Below, in pieces: positions 49,577-63,537 of a stretch of 64,000 nucleotides of DNA. Within the stretch, counting starts at the first letter, position 1. The number at the start of each line of letters is the position of its first letter. The translations under genes were made by a program, and so were the position numbers. Source of the DNA: Azolla caroliniana (taxonomy: Eukaryota > Plantae > Polypodiophyta); assembly GCA_043228905.1 (NCBI GenBank), contig JBHGNT010000014.1, positions 17,236,001 through 17,300,000 of the forward strand, written 5' to 3'. The notes below the pieces were generated by a model. The model was not told where the DNA came from. It worked only from the letters and a program-made list of their open reading frames with translations, and ran no database searches.

Positions 49577-52390
49577 CGTCGGCACTCGAAGAATTAAACT
49601 TAGTCGACACCGATGCCGAACTGAAAACAATTCTGATAGCTAAAGAAATGGAGTCGGCTAATAAAGCTAAGATGACTAATTTATTGTGTCAATATAAAGA
49701 TGCATGTTTGCCTGGTCATTTGAAGATATGAAAGGATTAGATTCGACCTTCTGTCATCATTAGATAAATTTGCATAAAGATGTGAAGCTTGTACAACAGC
49801 ATCAGTACCGATTAAATCCCAATTATGCTATGAAAGTAAAAGAGGAAATTTACAAACTACTCATAGTCGGTTTTATTCGACCAATGAAGAAGGCAACTTG
49901 GTTATGTCCAATCGTAGTCGTACCCAAGAAGAATGGAAAGATCAGGGTATGTGTCGACTATAGAAAGCTAAATGCAGCTACGGTAACGGATGCATTTCCG
50001 TTACCCTTTACAGATGGAGTTTTGGATGCGGTACCAGGACATGAAATTTGTAGTTTTCTGGACGGATTTAATGGTTGTAATCATGTTCGTATGCACCCGG
50101 ACGATCAGGAGAAAACAACATTTGTACAACTGAATGGGCAGTATTTGTCGCAGTCGAAATGATGTTTGGCTTAAAAACGGCGCCGACGACATTTCAGAGG
50201 GTCATTCAGGAAATTTTCATTGATTATATACCTTCATTTATGCAAGTATTTCTTGATGATTTTGTTGTATATAGTAAAAAAGCTAATCATTTAGAGCATT
50301 TACGTTTGTGTCTAAAATAGTGTCGACAAGGCCGACTTAATCTTAATCCCGCTAAATGTGCATTCAGAGTAATGAGTGGTACACCACTCGGCCATATTGT
50401 CAGTCGGGACAGCATAGCAGTTGATTCCGACAAAGTGAAGGAAATAATGGAAGCTTCGGTGCCAACTAATGCTAAAGCTCTCGGTAGGTTTTTAGGCCAA
50501 ATCAAATGGCATATAGTCAGATGATTAGGTATTTAGCCGATGTAGTAACACCTTTACATACGGCAGTGCATAAAACACCTTTTCAATGGATGAATGCAGA
50601 GCAAGATGCTTACGATTTTCTTAAGAAGATGCTCACTAAGGTACCAATTGTGCAACCTCCCTACTGGGGAAAGCAATTTCATGTCTTTGTCAACGTCTCC
50701 GATGTAGCTATCGGAAGTGCCTTAATGCAGATGACGAAGTCGAACTGGTATAGACCAGTTTATTACGTAAGTCAGAAGCTATCAACGGCAGGGAGCAACT
50801 ATTCGACGACCGAACACGAGGCTCTCGGCATGATATATAGTATCAATAAATTTCAACATTACTTGTTGGGCCGAAAATTCACATTTCATGTTGATCATTC
50901 AACATTATTATATTTAGTGTCCAAGCAGGAATTAACAAGAAAACTAGCCCGATGGACATTATTGTTGCAAGAGTTTGAATTTGAAATAATCCATAACCCA
51001 AGGGTACAACATGCAGTCACTGACTATCTAAGTCGACTAGAGTCGGGAGAGTCGGGTACAGGAGTAAAGGATGATTTTCCCGACGCTCAACTTTTTCATT
51101 GACACCATAGTAGCCACAGAGATGGATGAAAATCAAGCAGATTTATGGATCACTGAAATGACGATTTCTCTGAGTTCAAGAGTGCCGCCAGAAGGCATGC
51201 CACAAGATGAAAGAAAAAGGTTGGCAATAAGAAGTTGGAACTTTTGTTTCTTGAACAGCACATTATACCATAAAGGAACCGACAACATACAGTGGTGGAC
51301 GGTTCGACAATACGAGAAAGATGCGGCTCTGCACGAGACCCATTGTGATATTGCAGGTGATCATTATGCGAGAGAAACGACCTGTGGTGGCCGACTAACT
51401 CAAAAGACGCAGTCGACTATTGTCGACAATGCGATTTATGTCAGCGAACCAGCAACCCACAAAAAAAAATAGGATGTCGCATCATCCAGTATTACCTTTG
51501 GAGCCATTTCAAAAATGGGGTCTCGACTTTGTCAGGCCATTCAAACCAATAGCTACACAAACCGAAAATCGATATATTATAGTTGCCACCGACAACTGTA
51601 CCAAATGGGTTGAAGCGAAAGCTCTTCGAGATAACACGGCGGCATCAACAACAACATTTCTCTATGAATTCATATGGTGTCGATTCGGTTGCCCAATCGA
51701 ACTGGTAAGTGATCAGGGTACTCATTTTATAAATGAAATTGTACATGAGCTATCCACTTATTATGCAGTGGTACATCAAAGAAGTACTTCGTACTACCCT
51801 CAAGCTAATGGATTGGCAGAATCAACAAACAAAACCTTACAAATGATTATAAGAAAAGTAGTTAATGAGAATAGAATTGATTGGGACCAGAAGCTTCATA
51901 GTGCTTTATGGGCATACCGGACTTCATACAAGACAGTTATCAAATCGACTCCGTTGCGGATGGCATTCGGACTACAAGTTGTAATGTTAGTCGAATTTCA
52001 AATTCCGACAATATGAGTTCAAATCAACGAGAGATTAGATGAAGCATAGTCGGAACGAATGAGGCATGAACAATTGCTGGTATTGGAGGAAAGTAGGCTT
52101 CAAGCCATGTGTGCACTAGAGCAGAAACAAAGACAAACAAAGGCATTTGTTGACCGACACCGGAAACAAAAGGAAAATATGTTTAAAGCCAGCAAGCCAG
52201 TGTTAATATTCCAAACAAAGATGAGGTAAACTTCGATTTTGGTGGACATGACCATTTTGGATAGTCGACAGCAAAAATGGTACATATCAAGTCGGTACAT
52301 TAGCTGGTGAATTTCTGCCGAAATGGGTAAACGAGTTCCGACACCAAAAAATCCATTTAGAGTCAGTGTCGACACCGACAATCTGTTGAC
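49577..52390 (+). pseudogene. Decayed pol (RT-RH-INT) of a non-chromovirus (Phygy/Selgy/Athila-like) Ty3/gypsy element; probably the same element as 40640-41920
   Basis: CVDYRKLNAATVTDAFPLPF..FLDGF..FLDD; NYSTTEHEALG..LARWTLLLQEFEF; FQKWGLDFV..SDQGTHF..YYPQANGLAE. Confidence 0.92.
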
Positions 52391-52647
52391 CACTCAATGG
52401 CGTGGGAAGGGGCCAAAAGTGTATATTTCGTAAAAAAAGAAAAAGAAAAAAAGATGGCAACAAATATAACAGAAATTGATTCTTGTTATAATAACTTCTT
52501 GGCATTGTCCTTTTCAGACTATAAATGGACAAGCCAATTATTCATTTAGTACTCATGTCGAGTGGTGGTTATTAAAAGCTATTATTAATATATTCGTACT
52601 ACCATTGCCATTAATAGTATATTCCTATTCATTAAAACCCTCGAAAA

Positions 52648-54851
52648 ATGGCCCAACGCTTCTCCAAAAACTTGTCCTCTATATTCTGTTCTTCACAACA
52701 GCACAAACGTTTTCTACCACACAGAGCACAGAGTTTTCACGCTTCTTCTTTCTACAACCGGCAAATAGACCGAAGCTTTCGTTATTCTTCAACAATCATC
52801 GACAGCCCAAACATCATCGAAGACGAAACCATGTTGATTCATGTATCTAATAGACTTCATCAATGGTTGCACAACAAGGGATTGCAAGGATATCTTAGGG
52901 TTGCAGATGTTGAACCCCATCCCCGCACTGCAAAAATCGTGAATCAAATCGACGTCGCCAAAATCACCAACAAACAGGTATGCCGATTTCTGAATCTAAA
53001 AAGAGAAGGGTTTGATAATATAGACCCTCTAGAACCTGCGATTCTAAGGTCATACTTCGGCAATTATTCGCCATCAACTAAAGCATACAAGACTCAAGGG
53101 GCTAACGATGAGTTATTTTAGGAAGTTGCCAAGTTCTTGTTGGAAGTGGCGTTCGTCAGTCCAAGGTTCTATTGTATGCCCAAACAACGGGCGGCGTTTA
53201 TTATCGCCACATATGAAGGGGAGACAATCGATTGGGGATATCTAACAAATGAAGCTCTAAGGGAGTAACGGGAAGGGGTACAGAACAAAAAACCGATGAA
53301 GCCCATCTTCGGTCGATGCCTCACATTACTCTACCCAACATCAAGTATGGAGAGTTAGTGTAAGACCCCAAGGACAAAGGGGGGGGGGGGGGGGGGGTTA
53401 GGGTTTAGGGTTTAGTACAACCGGAGTCGACATCAAGGGTTCGGAGGGAAGTGCCGACAATCGGAAGCCGCACCACAACAGGTAGCAATGGGCACGGTTC
53501 GGTTTCAAGGCAAAGAAACCAAACCAAACCGTTTATGAACTCTTAGTATTTAAACCAAACCATTTAAGAAAAAGTTAAAACCAAACCATTTAAAACCAAA
53601 CTGTTTAGGGAAAAGTTGGAAACCAAAGCGAACCATTTAATAAAAAAATTAAACCTAACCACTTAAGTCAAACTAGTAAACATCTAAAGAAACAAAAATA
53701 GATTAAATTAAATAAGCATTTAAGTGAACTTTATGAAATCAATAAAAGAAACTTTAATTGAACCATTAAATTAAATAAACATTTAAGTTAAATTAATTAA
53801 ATCAATAAAAAACCATTAATTAAACCATTACATCAATAAATTATTAAGGTAAAAAGAAAAAGTTAAACAAAAACCTATAAACCTTTAAACCAAACTTGTA
53901 AACCTATAAACCCGAGTTTTAGAACCGAACCGTTTATCGAGAATCCAAACCAAACCAAACCAAACCATTAAATTTTTTTGGAACCAATAAACCATTAAAC
54001 CATGGCTTAACGGTTCATTTGGTTTGAGCCGAAACCATGCCCATTGCTAGGAGCAGGAGCAAGAGCCGACTCTGAACCCCGACACCCCGGAACCGGAGCC
54101 AAGACCAACGCCGAATCCCCAACCTATTCAGGAACCAAACCCGACACCCGAGGCTGGGAATCAGCCCCAAACGAAGCAGAAGGGTAAGAGGTTTCAACAA
54201 ATAGAAGAAGACATACAAGCTACGAAGAGGCAGCGAGTCGAGGAACATCAAACGTCGCCACACTCAGAACAACAACTAGAACACGAAATGTGTGTCGATC
54301 CAACTAACACGAGTCGTCTAGAAAAGGGGAAATCATCTTCGATAATGCCAAGCAAAGTATTGGGATTACCAGAGTTACCGCAAACAACACATGAATTCGC
54401 AGCAATTCTATAATTCGGAACATCTTTCGAACTTGTAGAATGGTTGGCGCATAAATTATAGTATGCATCTGAGATACTGGCTCAAGAACACAAGGATCGA
54501 ATCATGATTCAAAAGGCCATGATCAGCGCAATCGAACCAGAGGAACAACCGGAGTTGGATCGAATTGGTCGACAAAGGATTGCTAAGTATAGGGGAGAGG
54601 CAATTCAAATGCCTCCATTGAATGCGGCTCTGGGAGAAGTCCATCAAGAATATGCGAGAATGAACAAGGTTGCACAGGATATGGCCGAAACGTGCAAAAG
54701 GGCCAAAGCGGCAGCTAATCGATTACATGATCAGTATTCGACGGCTACGAAGGACAACGCCAACTTGGATTGTGACTTGCATGACATCTTGGTGTATGAC
54801 TCTAAAGACTTTGCCCTAATCAACAAGAAAATAAATAATGTTAGAAATTAG
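52648..54851 (+). pseudogene. Decayed additional ORF downstream of the integrase, interrupted by a MITE
   Basis: ATG at 52648 after ctataaat (about 52520); frame continues past the 53121 stop (..GETIDWGYL..); coiled-coil-like ORF 54504-54851. Confidence 0.5.
53483..54049. mobile_element. Non-autonomous hAT-like MITE
   Basis: TIRs tagcaatgggcacggtt / aaccatgcccattgcta; many subterminal aaacc(a/g) motifs; AT-rich core; TSD not clean. Confidence 0.75.
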
Positions 54852-55904
54852 TTTTAAAAATAAACAAATAAAGACACAAATATATTGATAACTATCAAGA
54901 TGAAGAGGCAATGAGATTCTCTTGTAAACTTATTGCAATATAGACATCTATTGATTTTTGTATTTTCTTATTGATACGAGGACTCTTTCCGCAATCACAT
55001 GAGCAGTGCTCCATGAGTTTGAAATTTGATACTGTATCAACTTTGTAAATTTGTTTTGGATGTAAACTCACAAATATGTATAATTGTAACTGGTAGACAT
55101 GTTGTACATTATTTTGTAATTTTGGTGATGTATTTTTGGAGGCATTTTACTTATGACTCAAAGTGGTAGTCATGTTGAAATTCAATATATTTTGCCACCT
55201 TTTCTGAAAAGCTTTACGCATGCGTCGTGTCTTTTTGAAAACTGCGTGCTTTTGTGCCCTTTTTCGACGTAGTGTTCTCATAATGCGAAATATTACCTGT
55301 TTCAAATGACCCTATTGTAACAATATTGTATAGTGTATTGACATTTAATGCTCAAACATGATTGTACAAAACCTCATGTTCCACTGGAAGTGCCCAAATT
55401 CAATATTTTTGGCATTCCCATATTTTACTCCACATAATACATAAATGGTGTGTACCTTTAAAATCCAACCACTAAAAAACAACTAAAACAAGAACTAATT
55501 AGTTATTGGCTTCTTAACTACATGTTAGCTAATAGAGGGTTTCTATTCCCATGCATTCAACCTGCACTTCTTGTAAGTTAGGTCCCGTGGGAGTCCAACT
55601 TATGTAGTGAGTCAAAAACAACTCAATGGGTCATGATGGTAATTGCTTAACACTTCATCAATTAGTCTCTTAATTACTGTACATCCAAGTAAGTAAAAGT
55701 GTGTGTGTGTGTGTGTGTGTGACCAAGTGGTCATGGGTTCAACCCCTACATTCCATAGTGGCATCTAGTGAATTAAGAGATATATAAGAAGTAAATAATA
55801 GAGAGTTGAGGAAGTTGGGTTTTGAACCCACAACGCAATTCTTGTAGTGCTAACAACTTACCGTTAGGGTAAGGTAATTATAATAATAATAATAAAAGAG
55901 AGAA

Positions 55905-56025
55905 AGAAAGAGAAAACAGGTATAGAATGTCATTTAAGTAAGATTTGATTACAAATCGAATGAAGGCTAGGAGGAGGTGCTCAGTCTTGCAGTCTTGCAA
56001 GGACTAGATAACTAGGTTGGTTGGT

Positions 56026-56056
<31 letters not shown>

Positions 56057-56289
56057 GAAAACAGGCATAGAATGTAATTTAAGTAGGATTTGATTACAAA
56101 TCGAATGAAGGCTAGGAGGTGCTTGATCTTGCAAGGACTAGATCACTAGGTTGGTTGGTAGAGAGAGAGAGAGAGAGAGAGAAATAGAAAACAGGCATAG
56201 AATGTAATTTAAGTAGGATTTGATTACAAATCGAATGAAGACTAGGAGGTGCTCGATCTTGCAAGGACTAGATAACTAGGTTGGTTGGT
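55905..56289. repeat. Three tandem copies of an approximately 130-bp unit containing (GA)n
   Basis: gaaaacaggYatagaatgt..gatttgattacaaatcgaatgaag..ctaggttggttggt occurs three times. Confidence 0.9.
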
Positions 56290-57568
56290 CAATCCCAAGA
56301 ATAACTAACATAGACATTTTGAGACAAAAATCACGAAGTCATCAACTTAGTAAATCATGATTATAATAATAACCCGATAACAACCACCTTATCTTATCCA
56401 TAATTATTCACGTAATTAATGTATAGTGGAGTGAACACTAAAGATCGAAGCCAATACATCACATAATTATAACCAAAGTAGCTTAATTAATTATTCTCAC
56501 TTAATCATCTATCTTTCTTGGAGTTTTGCAAGATTCTTACCATATATAGGTGGGTGATGGAGGAAAAAATTAAAATTGTTAGGTCTTATCCGCACGTCAA
56601 AATAACTTTCCTTTCTGCTTGAAACTTATCATGATACCTCTTAACAATGCTCAATTTCAACATGTTCAAATCTCTAGCTTCTCACTGCAACAATCAAAAG
56701 TACAATAATTGTAGCCTACAAAGTAGATTTTTGTCAAAGAAGTATTAGAACATCTATTTTCAATATACCAAGAGAATCTAGAAAACCATTATTAAAGCCC
56801 CATGCATCATAAAGTCAAGGTAGTGAGAAGGCTCCTCCCTCTCTCTATAGCCATACATCTAAAGGGGACTTCGGTGAACTCCCGAACCATAGCATCTGCC
56901 ATCAACAGTTATGCTGCTAATCCTCTTTTTCTCATCAATATTTATCTTATGCTAAAGTCAAGTCTATTAGGTGTCAATTAAAGCAATACATAGAGACCAT
57001 CACGCTATGTATCGTCTTTTTTGTCATTTACTAATAAATCGCATTTCCATCAAGTAGAAGTAAAAAAATATTAAATATTACATCAAACCTCACTCACATT
57101 TGGTATAATTGTCACAAAACTCAAATCTTCCAGATAAAAGATTATGACAATACAATTTACTCGTTCTTACATGTGTTCCTGTATACTTATATACAGTGTG
57201 AACCATGCGATTAAACATACAAGATGGCAAGATGGATATTTTTCCAAATACAAAAACAAAGTGGTTTGTTTCGTTTACAACTGGCTAGCAATTCTTTTGC
57301 TTTTGTAGACGTATAAACTAGGTTGTTCTCAGTGTCTATAGCACTCATTATACATGGTGCAAACACATCATTGACGATATTATAGATGAACTTTCATTTG
57401 TCTATATTTTTATCAGTAAATATGTTACACCATTCCACTTGTTCAATGGGCCTATGATGCATCCATGCAACAGTGACAGGCCACTTTCTTGAACTTTGGA
57501 CACAAACTTAATCAATACAAGTAGGCTGACAAATGGAATATTCATTGTCTAGCTTCTTCTTTGTTTTA

Positions 57569-60254
57569 CTAGAATGGCCAATAACCTCTTTCTCCACGGA
57601 GAACCTCGGGCTCCATTCTTTCTAGATACATCAATATATCTTTGAAGGACGGTCGATCATTCGGATTCTTACTCCAACAACTTTGTATCAATCTTGCGAA
57701 GGGGAAAACAACCATTAAAAGTTAGACAACGGAGAAACAAAGCTTCACAACAGATGTCATACGAATTAGTGATAAGAAAGAGCGCGAAAAATCGAAAGAA
57801 ATGATGATCAATGAAAACTCGTTAACACAACACGGACTTAACAAATCAATAAACAATACAAATCATTAATTGCATGGTAGAATGAGAGGGAACGGTACAA
57901 ATCATTCAAAATGGAATCATTATGTTGGACATTCAAGAAAAATAATTTCTTAATTTTCAATAAGAAAAATATGTAGAGGAGGTATATGAGAGAATAAAAA
58001 ATTGAAGTCAAAGGCTGTAAATTCATACTCTTTCATATGTGCTGGATATGTTTTTGCCCGTAGCTTTGGTCTAATGTTGTCTCTAGCCATACTCTTTGCA
58101 GCTTCATATGCCACCATCTCACTCAATGGTGATTCTCCCTCAAACATCTGGAGATCAAACTAAAGAGTATCAGAACCTACTCTTACACATCATAATTAAA
58201 ATTCTGGCTTTGTGGCTATTAAAGCGGATAAAATCAAGTTTTGTCATTTTAAAGTGGTGAAGTTGATGTTTTACTCCTGGTTATTAAGCAGTCAGAACCC
58301 ACATTAGTGATTGTTAATGCCATTAAATACAGTTTAGTGGAGTTAAAAGCAGTTTAATCCTGTTTAGTGGTGGTTAAAAGCAGTTCAATCCAGGCTAAAT
58401 CCAGTTCAGTATAGGTTACAAGTGGTTAAATCCAGTGTACTGGATTTAAAGGCAGTCAAATTCCCTTTAGCAGTAATTAACAACAGTAATCGAGTTTAAA
58501 TGTAGTCAAGAGTAGTTGAATCGAGTTAAGAGGTGGTTAAGATGCAGTTGCATACCTCGTACAGTATCATTGCAAATGAGAACACATCCACCTTCGTATC
58601 ATATGATCTATGAAGAAACACTTCTGGTGCCATATATCGATCTTTACATAAAAAAAACAAGCGCAAATATTAGTTTCAAGAAAGAAATATTTCCATGCTT
58701 GAAAAACACATACATCAATCAATCTTCATGTGGAAATTGAAAATTTGCCAAAACTTACAGCTGCCCGTCTCTCCTGTTAAAACATATGCCTGATGTAACT
58801 TTTTTGTCGGAAATATCTTACTAAGCCCAAAATCAGCAACTTTCACATGATTGTTCTCAAGTAGCAATAGATTCCTATATCATTAGTTAAAAGTAATTAA
58901 GTTCCAGAATGTAAATACTTTAAGAAATCAGGTTCACAGTGTCATCAACCCTTACCGAGGCTTTAGATCACGGTGGATAATACATTTGTCCTCATTGTGT
59001 AGATATATCATCCCCCTATTTTAAGATTAGAAATGTAAGGGTGAGAAATTTCATGATCCTTTGTTCTTTTCAATAAAAACAAAGTAAACAAATTTTTCTC
59101 AAAAGAAATTGTAAAAGTTTTGACCATTCTTTCTCAAGAAATCATGTTTTAATTATCAGCAATATCTTGTGCAAAGTAAAGTTTTCATAAAATTGCAAAA
59201 TTTTGATCATTCCAAGAAAAGCATATTAATTACCGGGCAATATCTTGTGCAAAACTGAGAGCAGTTGCAGCCGGCAAAGCACCCTTTTCCTTAAGATAGC
59301 TGTGAAGGTCTCCCTGTTTGCATAAGTAAAGATATTTTCTTCAATTAAAGAGCTAGACATTATATATTCTCATGAGTAGAAGTACAGTGCATGGTGAGGG
59401 TGATAGTGACAGTACACGACAGTACTGGTACAGGATTAATGATGCTCATCATACATAATGAAAATAGTGATGGTGATGGTACATGATGGTACATGATGGT
59501 CATATGGCCCTAGTCATGTACATGTGTACATGGTACATACATGGTACATGGTACACAGTACATGATACATGCAACATGCTACGTGGTGGTACAGTACATG
59601 GTACTATGGCACATGGTACATGTATTAATCGGGGTCATGATAGTGCATGGGGCATGGTCATGATCATGATCAATGAGGGTACTTACAGCTCCCAAGTACT
59701 CAGTAACCAACATCAGAGGCTTGCGAGTCACTGCACCCAAGAATTGAACCACATTTGGATGTCTTAGCTTCACAAGTAATTCCACCTCATTTCTAAAGTC
59801 TCGCCTGAAGAAGAACAAATAAATGAAGAAAGTTTAGACACTTGGCATTTGCTTTCACTATCCTATTATTTGATACAAAACACAAACACTACATTCAGCA
59901 AATAAAAATACTACTACATCCTTAACAACCCTTAAAAGTGAGTTTAAATTTAAGATCTTGTAATCAAATCATAAAGTGAATAACATGCACAAAAGCACAT
60001 CCAGAATTTTGAAAGGCACCAAGAATCTTTCAATAACTAACCACATATGTTAAGATGGAACCACTTCACTTAGAAAGAAGAGGTTAAGAATGTAATTTTC
60101 TTTCTAATATTTATTATTAGAACAATTAGTTACATCATAAATGATCTACCCTTACTTACATTGTTAGACTGTCATCAGAGAGAGAAGGCAATAGTTTTTT
60201 AATAGCTACTGGTGTGCTTCTCCACATAGCCCTCCATATCTCCCCAAAACCACC
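57569..60254 (-). CDS. VIK: Raf-like (group C1) VIK/ILK-family protein kinase; kinase-domain exons 60254-60160, 59804-59687, 59313-59234, 59015-58956, 58874-58759, 58641-58556, 58147-58029, 57692-57569 (stop); N-terminal exons not in the window
   Basis: GT-AG exons splice in frame to [121 protein letters not shown], closely resembling Arabidopsis VH1-interacting kinase as I recall it; orthology not tested. Confidence 0.9.
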
Positions 60255-60346
60255 CTGAATCGATTAACAACAATTCAATTAACGTGTTCATACAAATAAA
60301 ATGATGACAAGATATATCAGCATTCAATCTATCAGAGAAAATTGAT

Positions 60347-60446
60347 NNNNNNNNNNNNNNNNNNNNNNNNNNNNNNNNNNNNNNNNNNNNNNNNNNNNNN
60401 NNNNNNNNNNNNNNNNNNNNNNNNNNNNNNNNNNNNNNNNNNNNNN
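60347..60446. other. Assembly gap (100 N)
   Basis: Run of N. Confidence 1.
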
Positions 60447-63400
60447 AAAATGAGGAATATTGCCACAAGGTATTATAGCCGCCTACTTACCGAAGACATG
60501 ATAGCTACAGAGGAAGACATAAGCGATGATATTATCCTCCAAAGCATACCCGAGAAAGTCACACCGGAAATGAATACCTGGCTTGTGCGCCCTCTATCAA
60601 TCATTGAGATATGGGAGGCCCTCACTGATTTAGATGCTGAGAGCTGCCCCGGAATTGACGGTCTCACCCCGCATTTTTTCACATGCCTTTGGGGCACTAT
60701 TAAAGAAGACCTCCTCCAAGAATATGAGGAGATCATCACCTCTGGAAGCATGCCGGAGGAATTTGGACAGGGGATGATACATCTCATTCCTAAAAGTGGT
60801 GGGAATGCCAACGACATTCACAAATGGCGACCCATTACTCTTCTCAATACTGTCTATAAGTTGCTCGCAAAAATCGTGGCACGCCGTTTAACTCCACTTC
60901 TTCCTCAACTCATTCATCCGTCACAGACAGGTTTCGTTAGAAATCGGAGCATCCTAGACAACCTCTTCTCATTTTGGGAAGCAATAGCCCTTGCCAAGCA
61001 GACCAACAAGAAGGTAGAGATGGTGCTACTAGATTTTGAGAAAGCCTATGATAGGGTATGCTGGAACTTTCTAGAAAGTGTGATGAGGAAACTCGGCTTT
61101 CAAGAGACATGGATCAAAGGCATTGTAGGATTTTATAGGAATGGCAGCAGTTGTGTTTCGCTGGCAGGTGAAAGGGGCCCCTTTTTCCGAATATCCCGCT
61201 CTGTATGGCAGGGATGTCCACTAGCCCCATCCTTATTTCTATTATACGCCGAAGCATTCTCTTGCTTTCTCAACTCGCGGCATCTCAACCTACGTGGTCT
61301 TCCCATACCTCATTCTTACCAAAGCATCCTGGATATAGAATTTGCAGATGACACAACAGTCTACCTGCAAGGGGACCTGGACAACCTCCAAAAGCTAGAA
61401 AGTGGGCTAGTTTTATTTTGCAAGCGATCCAACGCCATGATCAATTGGCACAAATCCTGTGCAATATGGCTTTCTCAGGAAACACATCCGGCGTGGCACC
61501 CTCACCCCGCTTTCAAGTGGATCAATCAAGGAGCGAGCACCAAATATTTGGGCTTCCAAATTGGCTTCAACATACCGCCGCCGTTATCCTCTCCATTCGA
61601 CAAAAGTTGATACATTGGAGCTCTAAAAAATTGTCGCTAGCAGGTCGCATCATAGTGGCAAATCAGGTACTCCTCGCAACAGCATGGTACAGTCTATCAT
61701 GTTGGACAATCTCCAAGGAAAGTATACATCAGATTCAACGACTGGTCCGCAACTACATTTGGTCTGGTAAGGAAGACCATGTAGCTCGCGCCAAGGTGGC
61801 GTGGCCTATACTCACAACGCCTAAGTCGAGAGGGGGATTGGGTCTTATTGATCCCCTTTCACAATCGAAAGCCTTACTTGCCAAATTTGTGGTGCGAGGA
61901 CTCCAACCAGGAAATGATTGTTGGAAAATGCTACTGAGGTTACGTTTCGCTTACTTTAAGCCACGAAAAGGGGTCAATTGGGCCCCCCAAACGGGATGGA
62001 TTCTAAACATGGATATCAAACCTAGTTTCTCCCGCCATTTGGAGGACAAATTCAGTGCATCCGTGTGGAAGGCATGGTGTGACATTCGTCGGGGGCTCCA
62101 GTGTGATCAACCGAGATCCGAATCTGCCCGGCTCAGTCAACGTATCCTATGGAACCCATGTCTCAAGGATGAATTTAATCAACTATTGGGATCACGTAAG
62201 GGGTTGTCATGGGGATACATTGCAGAAGGTCTAGGCAAAAGTATTGAATGTTGGCGACGGTTTATGTCAATGCCACTACAAGATCAAGCGCCATGGAATC
62301 AGGGGCGGATGGACTATGAGATCGGAAATCATTAACGCGCTACTAATTAGGGACTCTGCTACTCAAAGGACGACAATGGAGAAATGGATAGGCCACGAGG
62401 AGGAGGGCTCTCTGATCCCGAGAGGTAGGGGATCACCAGACATGCTCGAAGGCCATGAAGTGAGAGACACTGAGACACCCACACAGAATAACGCCATTCG
62501 AGTATTCGCGTACACTGGTCATAAATGGATTGTAGATCCTGATCCGATCAAAGTACAACCCGATTGGCATATATGTACTCATGAAAACACATGGCTGCGT
62601 AAGGTCAGTTGGGACCCTTTGCAATGGACATGGCGTGATCCCTACGCGGGGCAAGGAAGCAAACCCATCCCTTTCTTCCAATTCACAACTAGATTGGGTC
62701 GCCACATTCTAGCTGCTCAAGCCGCCCGAGAACCGGTTGCTGCAAAGGTCTGGCGCACATTTCAAGTTCCCTTCGCAATAATCACCAAGTTTTGGCAGAA
62801 GATCTGGAAGCAACAACACGCGAGACGAATTACCACTTTCCAATGGCTGTTAATACATAAGGCCCTACCGGTGGGAGCATGGCAACGTGGGAACCTTAAC
62901 TCTCCTAATTGTGTAGAGTGCCCACATTCAGTAGAATCCATACGACACGCTCTGTGGGACTGCCCAACGTCCCATAGAACATGGCGGGGGGTTGGCCGCT
63001 TGTTGTAGTTATGCCAGGTGCAAGGTTCAATCAAGTGGGGAAATATATGTTGGCTATCATGGCAGGTTGCAATTGGCCGATACGAGTATCAGGAGGAGGG
63101 GATGACTTTGGTGATAAAAGCACAATAGGTTCTTTTCTCCTCCAGTGACAATGTCCACTATTTTCCTCTTAATGACAAATCTCAAGAGGTGGTGGATTTG
63201 GTCAGCCCAATAACCCTTTGGATTCTATGGAAACAACGATGTAGGCGAGTCTTCTCCAACCAAACCACCCATCCAACAAGGTTACTGCAAGAGATATGGA
63301 GTGAAGTTGTAGCCACTCTGAAGAGCCAATATGATGGCCTTAAAGGTGGCTCCGAGGGAGTTGAAAGACAACGCATAGCCTTCATCCAACAATGGTCGTC

Positions 63401-63537
63401 CTCTCCCTTTCTTGAGTCAGTGGGCTTCCACATTAGATGGAACTATCGCGTCCCTTTAGGGATTTGTACATAATCGCCTCATTTGTAAAATTTTATAACT
63501 AATGGAAGGAGTTTTTTTTTTTTTGGAAAAAAAAAAA
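60447..63537 (+). mobile_element. L1-clade LINE ORF2 (RT + zf-RVT), frameshifted, ending in a T/A-rich tail
   Basis: CPGIDG..WRPITLLNTVYK..QTGF..DFEKAYD..QGCPLAP..FADD; LSLAGRI; CVEC..ESIRHALWDC; WILWKQRCRRVF. Confidence 0.93.

Noticed and set aside
59400-59670. ORF 59483-59767 and catggta-like repeats
   Set aside because: Low-complexity intronic minisatellite of the kinase gene.
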